Assembly: GCA_965248355.1 (NCBI GenBank)
Contig: OZ252098.1
Location: 704,001-768,000, forward strand
DNA: 64,000 bases
Source: Candidatus Latescibacterota bacterium
GTDB taxonomy: Bacteria; Latescibacterota; UBA2968; UBA8231
Direction of reading: 5' to 3'
How positions within the stretch are numbered: the first letter of the stretch is position 1; the number at the start of each line of letters is the position of its first letter. This document shows positions 38,442 to 48,086 of the stretch, one piece after another. The position numbers and the translations under genes were made by a program. The notes beneath the pieces are model-generated. The model was not told where the DNA came from, did not search any database, and saw only the letters and a program-made list of their open reading frames with translations.

Positions 38442-39968
38442 TCACCCCCGCGCCGGCGCCAGGGTCCATGACTGCAGCGACCTCACCCTCGCCTGACCCC
38501 CGCGCGCGAACAGGCTGACGCCGGTGCTGTCGGTCCGCGTCGGATAGATACGCTGGGTCACGCACTGCCGGCGGTTGGCGAAGACCTCGAGGATCGAGCG
38601 GTCGAGAAAGATGCGCAGGGTCAGCAACTCCCCCGGCGTCAGCTCCAACGGCCCTTCCTGGGCGGTGACGTGCTGTTCGCTGTCGGCCAGATGCGGCTGC
38701 GGCGTGCGGTAGCGGGTGTAGCGGATCTCCCGGTCGAGCGACGAGCGGCTGACCTCCACCCGCAACGCGGCGGCCACGGCATCCCAGGAGACGGCCGTCT
38801 CTTCCTCGCCTCCAGGAGAGCGCCGCACCTTCAGTCCCACCTCCCTCGCTTCGAGCGGATCGATCTCGACGGCCAGCTCCAGGCAGTCGCCGCGAATTCG
38901 CTCGACCGTCAACTCGGAATCAGCGGCCAGGTCGATGGATCCCATCCGGACGTGATCCACCCGCAGCACCTCCAGCTCGGGCACGGGATCGATCCGCAGG
39001 TGACCGTCGGAGTCCAGCGACAACAAGCGTGGAGCGCTCATGACGCCCGACCAACCGGACGCCCGCTCCCGCTCGACCCCGCGCAGCTCGCGGATCCAGT
39101 CGAAGAAGATGCGCCGGCCTCCTGCGTCCAGCAGGGTTCTCGGGCCGCCGAGATGCCCCCCTTCCCAGCTCATGCGGCCGTGAACGTCCGGGTAGAACCG
39201 TTCCTGGCGGAACTGGCCGATGTAGTACTGGGTCCCCTGCAGGTGGCTGCAGAAGAGCAGCATGTGGCGGTCGCCGAGAGGGAAGAAGTCGGGCACGGCG
39301 CAGTCTTCACCCCCTTCCGTCCACTCCCGCCGCGACTGGTAGAACAGGCCGGCGAACTCCCAGCTCTTCAGGTCCGCGGATCGGAACAGGTAGGCCCCAT
39401 CCCCCTGGTCTTGAGGGTCGCGTTTGTTGACCGCGGCGTAGTAGAGGTCGTCCTCCAACCATCCGCAGGGGTCGTGGATGGTGTAGCGGCCATGGTCGGG
39501 GCTCCCTTCTTCCGGCTGGGGGATCACCGGATTGTCCGGGTCCTTCGTCCACTCGAGCAGCAGATCGTCGCTGCTGCGGGCGAGGCAGAGGCCGTCGGGG
39601 TTGCCGTAGTAGATCAGCGTCGGGACCCCTTCCTTGTCGACCAGGGCCCCGCCGCTGTAGCAGCCGATGCGGTCCGGTCCGTCCGCTTCCGGCGTCAGCG
39701 CCACCGGATGGTGGACCCAGTGCACGAGGTCGGCGCTGGAGGCGTGACCCCACTGGATGCGGTTCCAGTAGGCGCCCTCGGGGTTGAGCTGGTAGAAGAT
39801 GTGGCAGCGCCCCTTCCAGTAGAGGGCGCCGTTGATGTCGTTCATCCAGGCGGCTGGAGGGGTGAAGTGCCAGGCCGGCCGGTGCGGATCACGGGCGAAG
39901 GCGGAAGCGAGCTCGCCCGCCTCCCGGATCCGCGCTTCCATTCGTTCTATCGGGTCGTCAGCGGTCAT
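38442..39968 (-). CDS. Glycoside hydrolase family 32 protein with non-canonical motifs
   Basis: WMNDING, WGHASS.DL.HW, YSGG, HDP, LRIFLDRSILEVFAN. Confidence 0.88.
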   Translation of the reverse strand: MTADDPIERMEARIREAGELASAFARDPHRPAWHFTPPAAWMNDINGALYWKGRCHIFYQLNPEGAYWNRIQWGHASSADLVHWVHHPVALTPEADGPDRIGCYSGGALVDKEGVPTLIYYGNPDGLCLARSSDDLLLEWTKDPDNPVIPQPEEGSPDHGRYTIHDPCGWLEDDLYYAAVNKRDPQDQGDGAYLFRSADLKSWEFAGLFYQSRREWTEGGEDCAVPDFFPLGDRHMLLFCSHLQGTQYYIGQFRQERFYPDVHGRMSWEGGHLGGPRTLLDAGGRRIFFDWIRELRGVERERASGWSGVMSAPRLLSLDSDGHLRIDPVPELEVLRVDHVRMGSIDLAADSELTVERIRGDCLELAVEIDPLEAREVGLKVRRSPGGEEETAVSWDAVAAALRVEVSRSSLDREIRYTRYRTPQPHLADSEQHVTAQEGPLELTPGELLTLRIFLDRSILEVFANRRQCVTQRIYPTRTDSTGVSLFARGGQARVRSLQSWTLAPARG

Positions 39969-40120
39969 GGGTGTGCTCCCGGGTTGCCCGCCCGCTCTCG
40001 GGCGGCGCCATACTTCATTCCTGTTCCGGGACGATAGGTACTGGCGGGCCTCGGTGCGTCCGGGGGAACGTTCCCCCGGCATCCTCCGTCAAACTCCGAC
40101 ATATGAAGGGTTGCCGATCC

Positions 40121-41476
40121 ATGACGAGAGGGAACACCAGCAACTGTACGGAAGCCCGGATCGCGGAGTGGCGCGCCCATGTGGGCCGCGGCCTTTCCGC
40201 CTCCGAGCTGGAAGAGCAGGAGCGCCGCCTGCGGGACGAAGTGTCCTCCCTCGAGCGCGCCGGCCTCGACTCGGAGGAAGCCTTCCTGGTGGCGGTCGGA
40301 CGGATCGGCCGCCCGGACTCCGCGTCGGGCCGGTTCGCGCCGGCGGACGCGGGCGGCCTGTGGAAGCAGCTCGTCGCCGGCCCCGGGGCGGCGGCCCGGA
40401 CCACGCGGCGGGAGCTTCTGGTCGTCCTCGGGCTCGCCGCGGCGTCGGCGGCCGCGGTGAAGGTCCCCGAGCTGTTCGGCTGCCGGATGTTCGAGGGCTG
40501 CGGAAGCTTCTACGCCCGCAACCTCAGCCTGTTCTCCCTGCCCCTGCTGACCGGTTACTTCGCCTGGAAACGCGGGCTGGGTGCGGGCGGCTGCCTGTGG
40601 CTCGCCCTGCCATTCCTGGCGGCGGCCCTCTTCGCCAACATCTACCCCTTCTCGCCGGGCGGCTCCACCGAGGGGCTCACGGCGCTGCACCTGCCGATCG
40701 TCCTGTGGCTGGCCGTCGGGGTCGCCCACGCCGGAGGCCGATGGGGGTCTCCGGGCCGGCGCATGGAGTTCGTGCGCTTCTCCGGAGAGCTGTTCATCCT
40801 CTACGTGCTCATCGCCCTTGGCGGCGGCGTGCTGACCGGGGTCACGGGGATGATGTTCGCCGGCATCGGTCTCGACGTCGAGTGGCTGGGGCCCTGGCTG
40901 CTGCCGTGCGGGGCCCTGGGGGCGGCCGTCGTCGCCGCCTGGCTGGCCGAGGCGAGGCAGGGGGTCGCCGGGAACATCGCCCCCCTGCTGACGCGCCTGT
41001 TCACGCCCCTTTTCGCCCTGGTGCTGCTCGCTTTCCTGGGAGCCATGGCCTGGACCGGCAGCGGCATCGAGGTGAGGCGGGAAGTCCTCATCGGCTTCGA
41101 CCTGCTGCTGGCGCTGGTCCTCGGCCTGCTGTTGTACGGGGTCTCGGCCCGGGAGCCCGGGGCGCCTCCCGGCCTCTTCGATCTGCTTCAACTGCTGCTG
41201 CTGGTGGCCGCCCTCGCGGCCGACGCCGCGGCCCTGGCGGCGATCGCGGCGCGCATCTCCGAGTTCGGCTTCAGCGCCAACAAGGCGGCCGCCCTCGGGG
41301 AGAACCTCGTCCTGCTCGTCAACCTGGGCTGGTCCGCCTGGCTGTACGTCCGGTTCCTGCGAGGCCGCGGCCCCTTCGCCGCCCTGGAGCGCTGGCAGAC
41401 CGCCTACCTGCCCGTCTACGCTGTCTGGGCGGGGATCGTCGCCATCCTCTTCCCGCCGCTGTTCGGCTACGGCTGA
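40121..41476 (+). CDS. Multi-pass membrane protein (permease-prefix-domain type)
   Basis: ELE..LRDEV..L...GL..EEAFLVAV.RIG prefix followed by many TM helices. Confidence 0.75.
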   Translation: MTRGNTSNCTEARIAEWRAHVGRGLSASELEEQERRLRDEVSSLERAGLDSEEAFLVAVGRIGRPDSASGRFAPADAGGLWKQLVAGPGAAARTTRRELLVVLGLAAASAAAVKVPELFGCRMFEGCGSFYARNLSLFSLPLLTGYFAWKRGLGAGGCLWLALPFLAAALFANIYPFSPGGSTEGLTALHLPIVLWLAVGVAHAGGRWGSPGRRMEFVRFSGELFILYVLIALGGGVLTGVTGMMFAGIGLDVEWLGPWLLPCGALGAAVVAAWLAEARQGVAGNIAPLLTRLFTPLFALVLLAFLGAMAWTGSGIEVRREVLIGFDLLLALVLGLLLYGVSAREPGAPPGLFDLLQLLLLVAALAADAAALAAIAARISEFGFSANKAAALGENLVLLVNLGWSAWLYVRFLRGRGPFAALERWQTAYLPVYAVWAGIVAILFPPLFGYG

Positions 41477-41502
41477 GACAAGGGCCCCGCCGGCGGGAGC
41501 CG

Positions 41503-42279
41503 TCAATCCGGCTGCACGATGAAGCGGGCCAGTTCCCTGCCGCGGAGGGACAGGGTCTCGTAGAGCTTGCGGGGCAGCGAGGGACTCAGGCCGGGCAGGC
41601 GAAACCAGGGCGCCAGGTACCCCACACTGGTCATCGGCCGGATCTCATCGGAGTCGTTGGCCGTGCCGCCGTGCCAGCATCGCACATCCCGGATCAGCGC
41701 CGTTCCGGCGGGGGCGCAGACGATCGACTCCTTCATGCGCCCGGGTTCCTCCTCCATCGTCGGGACCCGCTGGCGGGTCCGATGGGTACCGGGCACGAAC
41801 CGGATGGCGCCGTTGACCTTCCTGAATTCGACCATCAGGAAGTTCACGACGATGTACGGGGTCGGCACATCGTGGATCGTCACCTGACCCAGCGGATCCT
41901 TGAAGAGATCCCCGATATCAGCGTGCAGGTGTTGCTCCTTTGCACCGGGAACGGAGTAATCGCCGCCGCCGCCGGAACAGATGAAATCCGGGCTTCCCCA
42001 GATCGCCTCCACTATGGGAAGGATGGTCGACAGGTCGATGAGCTGGACCCATTCCGGGTGATGGAGCTGCGGCCCGAAGGAGTAGCGGGCATGGCCCCGG
42101 TTGGCCCGCTCGAGTGGAATGTCCGCCATCTGCTGCGCCATGACGCGGGCAGCACCCGATTGGGCTGATGCAAGCTGTTCGGGATCGAGCGCATCGCCGA
42201 TGGGAACGAACCCGTCCCGATGGAAGATCGCTGCTGCTCTTTCGACTTCAGAAGGATCGAGGATTTCGACATCGAGCAT
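41503..42279 (-). CDS. Phytanoyl-CoA dioxygenase (PhyH) family 2OG-Fe(II) oxygenase
   Basis: FHRDGF, QHLHAD, NGA.RFVPGTH, WHGGTAN.S...R. Confidence 0.9.
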   Translation of the reverse strand: MLDVEILDPSEVERAAAIFHRDGFVPIGDALDPEQLASAQSGAARVMAQQMADIPLERANRGHARYSFGPQLHHPEWVQLIDLSTILPIVEAIWGSPDFICSGGGGDYSVPGAKEQHLHADIGDLFKDPLGQVTIHDVPTPYIVVNFLMVEFRKVNGAIRFVPGTHRTRQRVPTMEEEPGRMKESIVCAPAGTALIRDVRCWHGGTANDSDEIRPMTSVGYLAPWFRLPGLSPSLPRKLYETLSLRGRELARFIVQPD

Positions 42280-42423
42280 GGCGGATCGCGGCTTCGTGGC
42301 AGGCCTGGTCCGAGGACTCAGTCCTCGTCGAGGATCCCCTGGATCATCGCGTCCAGTAGTATAGCTTGATCACGGATTCCTCGGCGCCGACCCGCGCCTC
42401 TCGAACCTTTACCGGAGGACCAC

Positions 42424-43689
42424 ATGGCCAACGACGACCGGGTGGGCGATGACGTCACCCGCGAGACCCACATCGCCCACGATGGGCGCCACGCCTTCTA
42501 CGCGGGGGGGCAGACCTACGCCGGCGCAGAGGGGACGGCGATCCTGGAGATGGTCACCACCGAGATGCTCCACTGGGTGACCCACGACGACGGCCGCACC
42601 ACCCTCGACGCCTGCTACGACGGCACCTGGCTGCGGCGGTCGGAGGACAACGGCTCCACCTGGAGGGACGTGGAGGCCAGGGCGGCCTTCGACACCGCCC
42701 TGGAGGGGGAGCAGCTCATCCCCTCGGGCCTGACCCTCGACGAGGGCACCGACACCCTGGTGCGCTTCCACCAGGGCCAGAAGGCCGACAAGAGCTGCTA
42801 CGGGTACATCAACCAGGGCGCCTACCGGGTGTTCTGCTCGATCTCCAGGGACCGGGGCGCCACCTGGAGCGAGCCGGTGCCGATCGTCGACCGCCGGGCA
42901 GGATACGACGAGCGGCGGTGGGGCCCGGAGCTCGACTACGGGACCCGCGGCGCCATCCTCAACGGGGCCGCCTGCCGCTGGATGGACGACGGCTCCCTCA
43001 TGGCGCCCTTCACCGGGTACGAGCGCCTCGACGGGACCCGGCCCTGGTACTTCCGCGTCATCTGCGCCCGCGGCGAGTGGAACGCCGACCGCACCGCCCT
43101 CGAGTGGGAGTTCGGCAGCTACTTCGAGGTCGGCCCCGAAAAGGCCGCCGGGGGCTGCTGCGAGCCCTCCATCGCCTCCCTCGGCGGCGACCGGCTGTTC
43201 ATGACCACCCGCTGCCAGGGGGACGAGGCCGAGGGCCTCCATTCCACCCGCTACACCGCCCTCTCCGAGGACGCGGGCATGACCTGGTCGGGTCCGGAGC
43301 CCCTGCTCTACGACGACGGCACCCCCGTGCACACGCCGGCCTCCTCCTCCGACTTCGTCACCACCTCGACGGGCCGGACCTGGTGGCTGGGCAACATCCT
43401 CGAGGCGCCGGTCTTCGCGCAGACGCCCCGGTACCCGCTCAAGCTGGCCGCCTTCGACAGCGGCCGCGCCTGCCTGATCAGGGACTCGGTGCGCCTTGTG
43501 CAGGACCGCCCGCGCGGGGCCCACGAGCTGGTGAGGTACACCAACTTCGGCAGCTACGAGGAGCGCGGCACCGGCCACCTCGTCATCACCCTGCCCGAGC
43601 AGTACCGCTACAAGGGCTGGGACGAGATGGAGCAGCCGGAGGACTTCGCCGCCGACTGCATCAAGTACACCGTCGAGCTGGAGGGGTAG
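42424..43689 (+). CDS. Sialidase/BNR (Asp-box) family protein
   Basis: Asp-boxes SEDNGSTW, SRDRGATW, SEDAGMTW; CEPSIA. Confidence 0.8.
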   Translation: MANDDRVGDDVTRETHIAHDGRHAFYAGGQTYAGAEGTAILEMVTTEMLHWVTHDDGRTTLDACYDGTWLRRSEDNGSTWRDVEARAAFDTALEGEQLIPSGLTLDEGTDTLVRFHQGQKADKSCYGYINQGAYRVFCSISRDRGATWSEPVPIVDRRAGYDERRWGPELDYGTRGAILNGAACRWMDDGSLMAPFTGYERLDGTRPWYFRVICARGEWNADRTALEWEFGSYFEVGPEKAAGGCCEPSIASLGGDRLFMTTRCQGDEAEGLHSTRYTALSEDAGMTWSGPEPLLYDDGTPVHTPASSSDFVTTSTGRTWWLGNILEAPVFAQTPRYPLKLAAFDSGRACLIRDSVRLVQDRPRGAHELVRYTNFGSYEERGTGHLVITLPEQYRYKGWDEMEQPEDFAADCIKYTVELEG

Positions 43690-43693
43690 AGGC

Positions 43694-44704
43694 TCAGCCC
43701 GACCGGTAGTGGGCGACGGCGTCCTCGTCGAGCGCCACCCCCAGGCCGGGTCCCTCGGGCACGACGAACTCTCCCGAGTCGAAGGTCAGGGAGCCGCCGA
43801 GCAGGTCGTTCTCCCGGACGAAGGGCAGCTCGTCGCAGGGTCTCAGATCGTTGGTCAGGGTCGCCTGCAGGTGGATGGAGAAGGCGGTCTGGATCCCCAG
43901 GCAGAGGCCGCCCATCTGCAGCCAGACCGGGCAACCGGCGACCTCGGCGATGGCGGCGCTGCGCTTCACGGCGGCCACGTTGCCGCTGAGGTTGAACCGG
44001 TCGACGGCCTCGGCCTTGACCGCCCGCAGAACGTCGTACGGCTCGATGAGGTGCAGGGCCTGGGGGATGTCGGTCTTGTAGCGCAGCAGGCAGTACCAGG
44101 CGTGGTTGACGTTGACCTTCTCCACCGGATCCTCGAAGCAGTCGATGTCGTAGGGGCCCAGCTCCCTGGCGAGACGGACCGATGTGGGCACGTCCCGGAA
44201 CCCGCAGTTGGGATCGACGCGGATGGCGTACTCCACCCCCGCCGTGGCCGCCGTCATGCACTCCGCCTGCCGCACGATGTCGTCGGACCGCGCCTTGAGC
44301 TTGTGCACCCTGAACCCGAGGGCCGCGGCCTTCTCCGCCTCTCTCGCCGTCTCCTCCGGCTCCAGGTGGCAGGACCAGTAGGCCGCCGGCACCCGCTGGC
44401 GGACCCGGTCGCCCATGAGCCTCCACACGGGCACCCCCCGGGCCTGGGCGGCGATGTCGTAGAGGGCGCACTGCCACGGCTCGGCGGCGCTCTCCAGGTC
44501 CATGGCCAGCGGGTCCGAGCCGACGAGGGCCTCCACGCCGGGGCGCACGGCCTCGCACGGCTGCCAGATCTCCCCCAGACCGGTCAGGCCTTCGTCGGTG
44601 TGGACCTTGACGATGGTGTGCTCCCAGTCGGAGTGGCCGACGTTGCGGATGGGGGCGATGTAGGGGACGTCCACCTCGATGAGCTCGATGCGGGTGATCT
44701 TCAT
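43694..44704 (-). CDS. Mandelate racemase/muconate lactonizing enzyme (enolase superfamily)
   Basis: IVKVHTDEGLTGLGE, HKLKA, RVDPN, FEDP, VPEGPGLGVALD. Confidence 0.9.
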   Translation of the reverse strand: MKITRIELIEVDVPYIAPIRNVGHSDWEHTIVKVHTDEGLTGLGEIWQPCEAVRPGVEALVGSDPLAMDLESAAEPWQCALYDIAAQARGVPVWRLMGDRVRQRVPAAYWSCHLEPEETAREAEKAAALGFRVHKLKARSDDIVRQAECMTAATAGVEYAIRVDPNCGFRDVPTSVRLARELGPYDIDCFEDPVEKVNVNHAWYCLLRYKTDIPQALHLIEPYDVLRAVKAEAVDRFNLSGNVAAVKRSAAIAEVAGCPVWLQMGGLCLGIQTAFSIHLQATLTNDLRPCDELPFVRENDLLGGSLTFDSGEFVVPEGPGLGVALDEDAVAHYRSG

Positions 44705-44718
44705 TTGCGGCTCTCGAT

Positions 44719-46725
44719 CTACACCCAGTAGAGGCCGTGCCCCTGGGCGCCGGTTATGACGTCGATGACCAGCCAGAAGGCGATGACGGCGAACTGGCCG
44801 AGGATGAAGCCGAGGAAGAAGGGGCGCACCCGCCGCAGCAGGTTCGGCCCCCCGTAGCGGATCAGGGCCGCCTTGACCAGCCACACGAGGAAGACGCTGA
44901 ACCACATGTGACGGGTCAGCATCATCTGCGACACCGCCAGCCCCATGGGATGGACGGGGAAGGAGAGCAGGTGGGCGCGCACCCAGTAGAGGGCGAGCAT
45001 GACCGCCCCGCCGGCGCCGATCAGGGCCAGGCCGGGCAGGTCGGGGCCGACGGGCTCGCGCAAATACCTGGCGGCGAAGTCGATGGTGTAGCGGGGCCCG
45101 CCGAGGAAGAACCAGGCGTTGGCGTTGTTGGCGCCCGACTGGTAGGCGTAGTAGAGGGTCGTCCACACCGACACCCCCACCCCCAGGATCACGGCCAGGA
45201 TCATGCTCCACAGCAGGACGCCCTTGCGGGTCACCGACTCGGCCACCTTGAGGCCGTTGGCCGCCGAGGCCATGACGAAGGTGCGCACGTCGCTCATCCA
45301 GACCTGGCCCAGGGCCAGCACGCTCACCGCCCCGGGACCGCCCAGCAAGGCGGTGCCGTAGACGGTGCGCACCACGGTGGGCGTGATCAGCTGGGCCCGC
45401 GTCGCCGCCAGGCCCGACTCGCACAGGATGCGGGTGATGCCCAGGAAGGTGGCCGCCGCCACCAGCACGAAGGTCACCGAGGCCCACCAGGGCACCCCCG
45501 CGGCGATGAACCACCCCGTCATCAGCACCAGCCCCAGGATCAGCTGCGCGTAGACGCTGCGCATGGAGAACTCGCCGGGGTCGCCTCCGCCGCGCCGGAA
45601 GGCCCCCCGCCAGGTCCGCTTCAGGTATCCCCGCGCCGTCCACAGGGTGTAGCCGGTCAGCGCCATGAGGGCGCCGAACTGCACGTACGAGAGGATCGGA
45701 CCGCCGTCGCTCTGGGCGTAGATGTCCAGGTTCAGGGTGCGGGTCAGGCCGATGTAGGTGAGGTAGCCCTTGAGGGCGTAGCCGAGCAGGTAGAACAGCC
45801 AGATGCTCAGGGTCACCTCCTGGTGGGTCAGGTAGGCGAAGCCCATCATGGGAAAGCTGACGACCACCGAGAGGGACTCGAGGTTGGGCAGGATGGGGAT
45901 GCCCGTCGACAGGCTGATGCCGGGGATGAAGTGGTGGTAGGCGTGCAGCCCGTTCATGGAGGTGACGATGAAGGGCACGGCGAACCCGGCCCACATGACG
46001 GGGTTGCGGAAGAAGGCGTTGAGGGCCCGGCCCCGCTCCTGGGAGCACATGACCAGGGGCAGCTGGGCCAGGGGATAGGCCAGGCGCTCGTGCTCCATCC
46101 ACTGGCGGCGGAAGAGCACGGCCAGGGAGATCATCACCAGGTAGAGGCCGAGGAGGACGGGGATCCAGGCCAGCAGCGGCTTGATCCACACCATCCACGG
46201 AATCGCCTCGCCCCGCGCCACCCCCTCGTAGAAGCCCTGGATGGCGTCCTCCCCCTGCGGCACCAGCCAGTGCGGCACGTACGGCTGGATGTCCTGGGCC
46301 CACTCGTTCTCCGGGGTGGCCAGGTAGTAGATGGCGGGCAGGATGGGGATCAGGTAGAGGGTCAGCCCCATGGTGCAGATCGAGCAGGCGATCGCCGCCA
46401 TCAGGTAGGTGACGGCCATCTCCCCCGTGGTCAGGGAGAGGGAGGGCAGCAGGCGCCGCAGGGAGGTGTTGACGACCAGGGCCAGCATGAAGAGCAGGAG
46501 GATGGCGGCGGCGGTGGTGAAGTCGATGGTCAGGTACGAGCCGCGCACCATCAGGCTGTTGTAGGGCCCCCAGAAGGCGACGGCGGCGCTCAGGAGCGAG
46601 CCCGCCAGCAGGGCCCGCGCCGGGCGCACGTGGCCCGGGTCCGTGTCAGGACCCGCGTCTCGCGCCCGTCCGGTGCGCCGGCGAAAGGCGGCGATGGCGC
46701 CGGCGGCGGTGGTCTGCGTGGTCAC
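44719..46725 (-). CDS. Large polytopic membrane protein (DUF6785/6784-like putative transporter)
   Basis: RRQWMEHERLAYPL, ITRILCESGL, FPVHPMG, RYGG...RPFFLG.ILG; start uncertain. Confidence 0.7.
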   Translation of the reverse strand: MTTQTTAAGAIAAFRRRTGRARDAGPDTDPGHVRPARALLAGSLLSAAVAFWGPYNSLMVRGSYLTIDFTTAAAILLLFMLALVVNTSLRRLLPSLSLTTGEMAVTYLMAAIACSICTMGLTLYLIPILPAIYYLATPENEWAQDIQPYVPHWLVPQGEDAIQGFYEGVARGEAIPWMVWIKPLLAWIPVLLGLYLVMISLAVLFRRQWMEHERLAYPLAQLPLVMCSQERGRALNAFFRNPVMWAGFAVPFIVTSMNGLHAYHHFIPGISLSTGIPILPNLESLSVVVSFPMMGFAYLTHQEVTLSIWLFYLLGYALKGYLTYIGLTRTLNLDIYAQSDGGPILSYVQFGALMALTGYTLWTARGYLKRTWRGAFRRGGGDPGEFSMRSVYAQLILGLVLMTGWFIAAGVPWWASVTFVLVAAATFLGITRILCESGLAATRAQLITPTVVRTVYGTALLGGPGAVSVLALGQVWMSDVRTFVMASAANGLKVAESVTRKGVLLWSMILAVILGVGVSVWTTLYYAYQSGANNANAWFFLGGPRYTIDFAARYLREPVGPDLPGLALIGAGGAVMLALYWVRAHLLSFPVHPMGLAVSQMMLTRHMWFSVFLVWLVKAALIRYGGPNLLRRVRPFFLGFILGQFAVIAFWLVIDVITGAQGHGLYWV

Positions 46726-46847
46726 CGCTGGCCTCGTGAGAGGCGAACCGCCGGGTGCGGCCCGGGTCCGCAAGGACGGCCGGGTGGCTTTCCTCCGAGG
46801 TCCTCAGGCCGTAATTTGGATACAGGACCTCCAAATTTGGACCGAAA

Positions 46848-47999
46848 ATGGAGATCATACAGCGATTCTTCCGTCCGCCGGAGCGCAGCTTCTTTCTCTT
46901 CGGCCCCCGCGGCACCGGCAAGTCGACATGGCTCCGCCAGCGATTCCCGGAAGCGCTCTGGGTGGACCTGCTCCAGCCCGAGGTCCATCGAGACCTGCTG
47001 GCCCGCCCCGAGCGCCTGCGGGACCTCGTCCTGGCCGCCGAGGGAAGGCCCGTCGTCATCGACGAGGTGCAGAAGGCGCCGGAGCTGCTCGACGTCGTCC
47101 ACGCCCTCATCGACGCCAGGAGCACCGTCTTCGCCCTCACCGGCTCCAGCGCCCGCAAGATCCGCAGGGCCGGGGTCGACCTGCTCGGCGGCCGGGCGGC
47201 GCGGCGGATCATGCCGCCCTTCATGGCGGCCGAGCTGGGCGGCCGTTTCGACCTCCAGCGCGCTCTGCGCGAGGGCATGCTGCCCCTGGTATGGGGCTCC
47301 CCCGAGGGCCCGGACGCGCTGCGGGCGTATGCCTCCCTCTACCTTCGGGAGGAGGTCCAGGCGGAAGGACTGGTGCGCAACATCGGCCAGTTCTCGCGTT
47401 TCCTCGAAGCGATCTCCTTCGCCCACGGCGCTCTGCTGAACGTCACCAACCTGTCCCGCGATTGCGCCGTGGGACGCAAGAGCGCCGAGGGCTACGTCGA
47501 GATCCTCGAGGACCTGCTCCTCGCCTTCCGCCTGCCCGTCTTCCGCCGCCGCGCCGGCCGCCGGGTCACGGCCCGGCCGAAGCTCTACCTCTTCGACGCC
47601 GGCGTCTTCCGCTCCCTGCGGCCCACGGGCCCCCTCGACCGTCCGGAGGAGATCGAAGGCGGCGCCCTCGAAGGGCTGGTGGCCCAACATCTGCGGGCCT
47701 GGGTCGACCTGACTCCGGAGGAGCACAGCCTCTCCTTCTGGCGCACGTCCTCCGGGACCGAGGTCGACTTCGTGGTCTACGGCGAGCAGGGGCTGTGGGC
47801 CTTCGAGGTCAAGAATTCGGCCGCCGTCCGGGGCTCGGATCTGCGGGGCCTGCGGGCCTTTTGCCAGGACTACCCCGAGGCCCGGCCCGTCCACCTGTAC
47901 CGCGGCGCCGACCGCCTGCGCGTGGACGGCGTCCTGTGCCTGCCCGTGGACGACTTCCTCCGGCAACTGAGACCGGAGCGGCCGCCCTGGCCGGACTAG
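46848..47999 (+). CDS. AAA_14 ATPase with DUF4143 domain
   Basis: GPRGTGKST, IDEVQK.P, LTGSS, KLYLFDAG, FWRT..G.EVDFV, EVK. Confidence 0.92.
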   Translation: MEIIQRFFRPPERSFFLFGPRGTGKSTWLRQRFPEALWVDLLQPEVHRDLLARPERLRDLVLAAEGRPVVIDEVQKAPELLDVVHALIDARSTVFALTGSSARKIRRAGVDLLGGRAARRIMPPFMAAELGGRFDLQRALREGMLPLVWGSPEGPDALRAYASLYLREEVQAEGLVRNIGQFSRFLEAISFAHGALLNVTNLSRDCAVGRKSAEGYVEILEDLLLAFRLPVFRRRAGRRVTARPKLYLFDAGVFRSLRPTGPLDRPEEIEGGALEGLVAQHLRAWVDLTPEEHSLSFWRTSSGTEVDFVVYGEQGLWAFEVKNSAAVRGSDLRGLRAFCQDYPEARPVHLYRGADRLRVDGVLCLPVDDFLRQLRPERPPWPD

Positions 48000-48086
48000 C
48001 CGCCGGACCGGGTCTTCCCCCTGACGGCCGCGGCCCTCAGGGGACCACCCGCCACCCTCCGCAGTTCTCTTCAAGGGGTCCTGCCC

